Part shown: positions 15,270 to 16,006 of the stretch, piece by piece
Layout: each line of letters starts with the position of its first letter
How positions within the stretch are numbered: position 1 is the first letter of the stretch
From: Candidatus Ratteibacteria bacterium
GTDB taxonomy: Bacteria > Ratteibacteria > UBA8468 > B48-G9 > DTJG01
Reading direction: 5' to 3'
Assembly: GCA_049971295.1 (NCBI GenBank)
Contig: JBMFLH010000042.1
Location: 1 to 16,006 of the forward strand
DNA: 16,006 nt
Position numbers and translations under genes: made by a program
Notes under the pieces: model-generated
Database searches by the model: none
Seen by the model: the letters and a program-made list of their open reading frames with translations, nothing else
What the model was told of the DNA's origin: nothing

Positions 15270-15804
15270 GTGATAAAATTATTTTCAAATTTAAGGGTAT
15301 CTGTCGGCTGGCTTTTTTTTCTTCTCGTGGTCCTGATTGGTGAAATTCGCAATTACTGGCCTTTGTCCTTTGTAATTCTTGGAGAAATTGTTAGAACTAC
15401 TGCTTCAGGAACGATTGTAAAAAATGAAAAACTCAGTACTTTTGGGTTGTACAACGTAATAAGACATCCTCTTTACCTTGGCAGTTTATTTATAAGTTTA
15501 GGCTTCTGTATGATGTGCAAAAATCCTGTTTTATGGATATACTGGATAATCTTTTTCCCCATATGTTATTATTCGGCAATAACGATTGAAGAAATGTCAT
15601 TAAGCAAAAAGTTTGGCAAAGAATTTTTAGATTATAAAAAGAGTGTGCCTGCATTTTTGCCAATTAAATTTGAGACACCCGTGAGGATGAAAAATAGTTT
15701 TTCATGGGTCCTTGTCAAAAAAAAATAAGGAATATCATAACTGGCTTATTTTAACGATTGTGTTTTTACTGCTTCTGCTGAAATCTTTTTTTGAAAACCA
15801 TTGA
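15270..15804 (+). pseudogene. Isoprenylcysteine carboxylmethyltransferase/PEMT-family membrane methyltransferase, apparently frameshifted near the 3' end (in-frame stop 15726-15728; alternate-frame tail to 15804)
   Basis: Motifs GLYNVIRHPLYLG and EEMSLSKKFGKEFLDYKKSVPAFLP. Probable start is the GTG at 15270, right after the UPF0280 stop (uncertain). Removing one A from the A9 tract extends the protein with NKEYHNWLILTIVFLLLLLKSFFENH*. The truncated product may still be expressed. Confidence 0.75.
15717..15725 (+). repeat. A9 homopolymer at the frameshift site
   Basis: Sequence gtc-aaaaaaaaa-taagg, directly before the premature TAA. Confidence 0.9.
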
Positions 15805-15823
15805 ATATCGTTTTGAACTGAAT

Positions 15824-15851
15824 TTGACAACTTTTAAAAATCAAGTAGAAT
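15824..15851 (+). promoter_or_regulatory. Sigma70-type promoter for rpsB
   Basis: TTGACA (15824-15829), 16-nt spacer, TAGAAT (15846-15851). SD AAGGAG at 15871-15876. Confidence 0.75.
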
Positions 15852-15882
15852 ATTTTCTATTATTTTGCAAAAGGAGAAAATC

Positions 15883-16006
15883 GTGGAAGTGACAGTAAAG
15901 GAACTTCTTGAAGTTGGTGCGTACTTTGGGCATCCATCAAGGCAGTTTGATCCGAGAATAAGACCATATTTGTTTGGGAAGCGGCAGGGAATATACATCA
16001 TTGACA
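15883..16006 (+). CDS. rpsB: 30S ribosomal protein S2 (uS2), 5' partial
   Basis: GTG start after the SD. Hand translation MEVTVKELLEVGAYFGHPSRQFDPRIRPYLFGKRQGIYIID aligns with the uS2 N-terminus (xxLLEAGVHFGH...WNPKM.PYIF..R.GIHIID). Confidence 0.93.
   Translation, partial: MEVTVKELLEVGAYFGHPSRQFDPRIRPYLFGKRQGIYIID

Noticed and set aside
1..16006. CRISPR arrays, tRNA/rRNA genes, riboswitches, transposases, integrases or defence genes
   Set aside because: No spaced direct repeats, cloverleafs, recognisable aptamer consensus or such protein motifs were seen by eye. A covariance-model search was not possible.

Overview
AT-rich bacterial chromosomal window of mostly housekeeping genes, with no RNA genes, CRISPR arrays or mobile elements visible. 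Left end (2-4567, minus): a very large secreted protein of at least 1522 aa, absent from the ORF track because it runs off the window. By hand translation it has a signal peptide, a FlgD/CHU_C-like Ig domain, 12 NHL repeats, about 4 Ig/FN3-like domains and a long Gly-rich amphipathic beta-strand region. Next is a plus-strand DUF167-rsmE pair. A tightly packed minus-strand run follows: murG-murC-nnrE, an exported HEAT-repeat/CBM9-like protein, an exported TPR/CsgG-like/7-blade propeller protein, and a Gfo/Idh/MocA oxidoreductase. A symmetric 40-bp divergent promoter region separates murG from a UPF0280 (ApbE-like) gene. Then come an ICMT/PEMT-family membrane methyltransferase frameshifted in an A9 tract and the 5' end of rpsB (also missing from the ORF track). 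The best candidates for new biology are the exported solenoid and propeller pair coupled to murG-murC, the giant modular surface protein, and the back-to-back putative leaderless promoters. All family calls come from motif recognition by eye; no searches were run.
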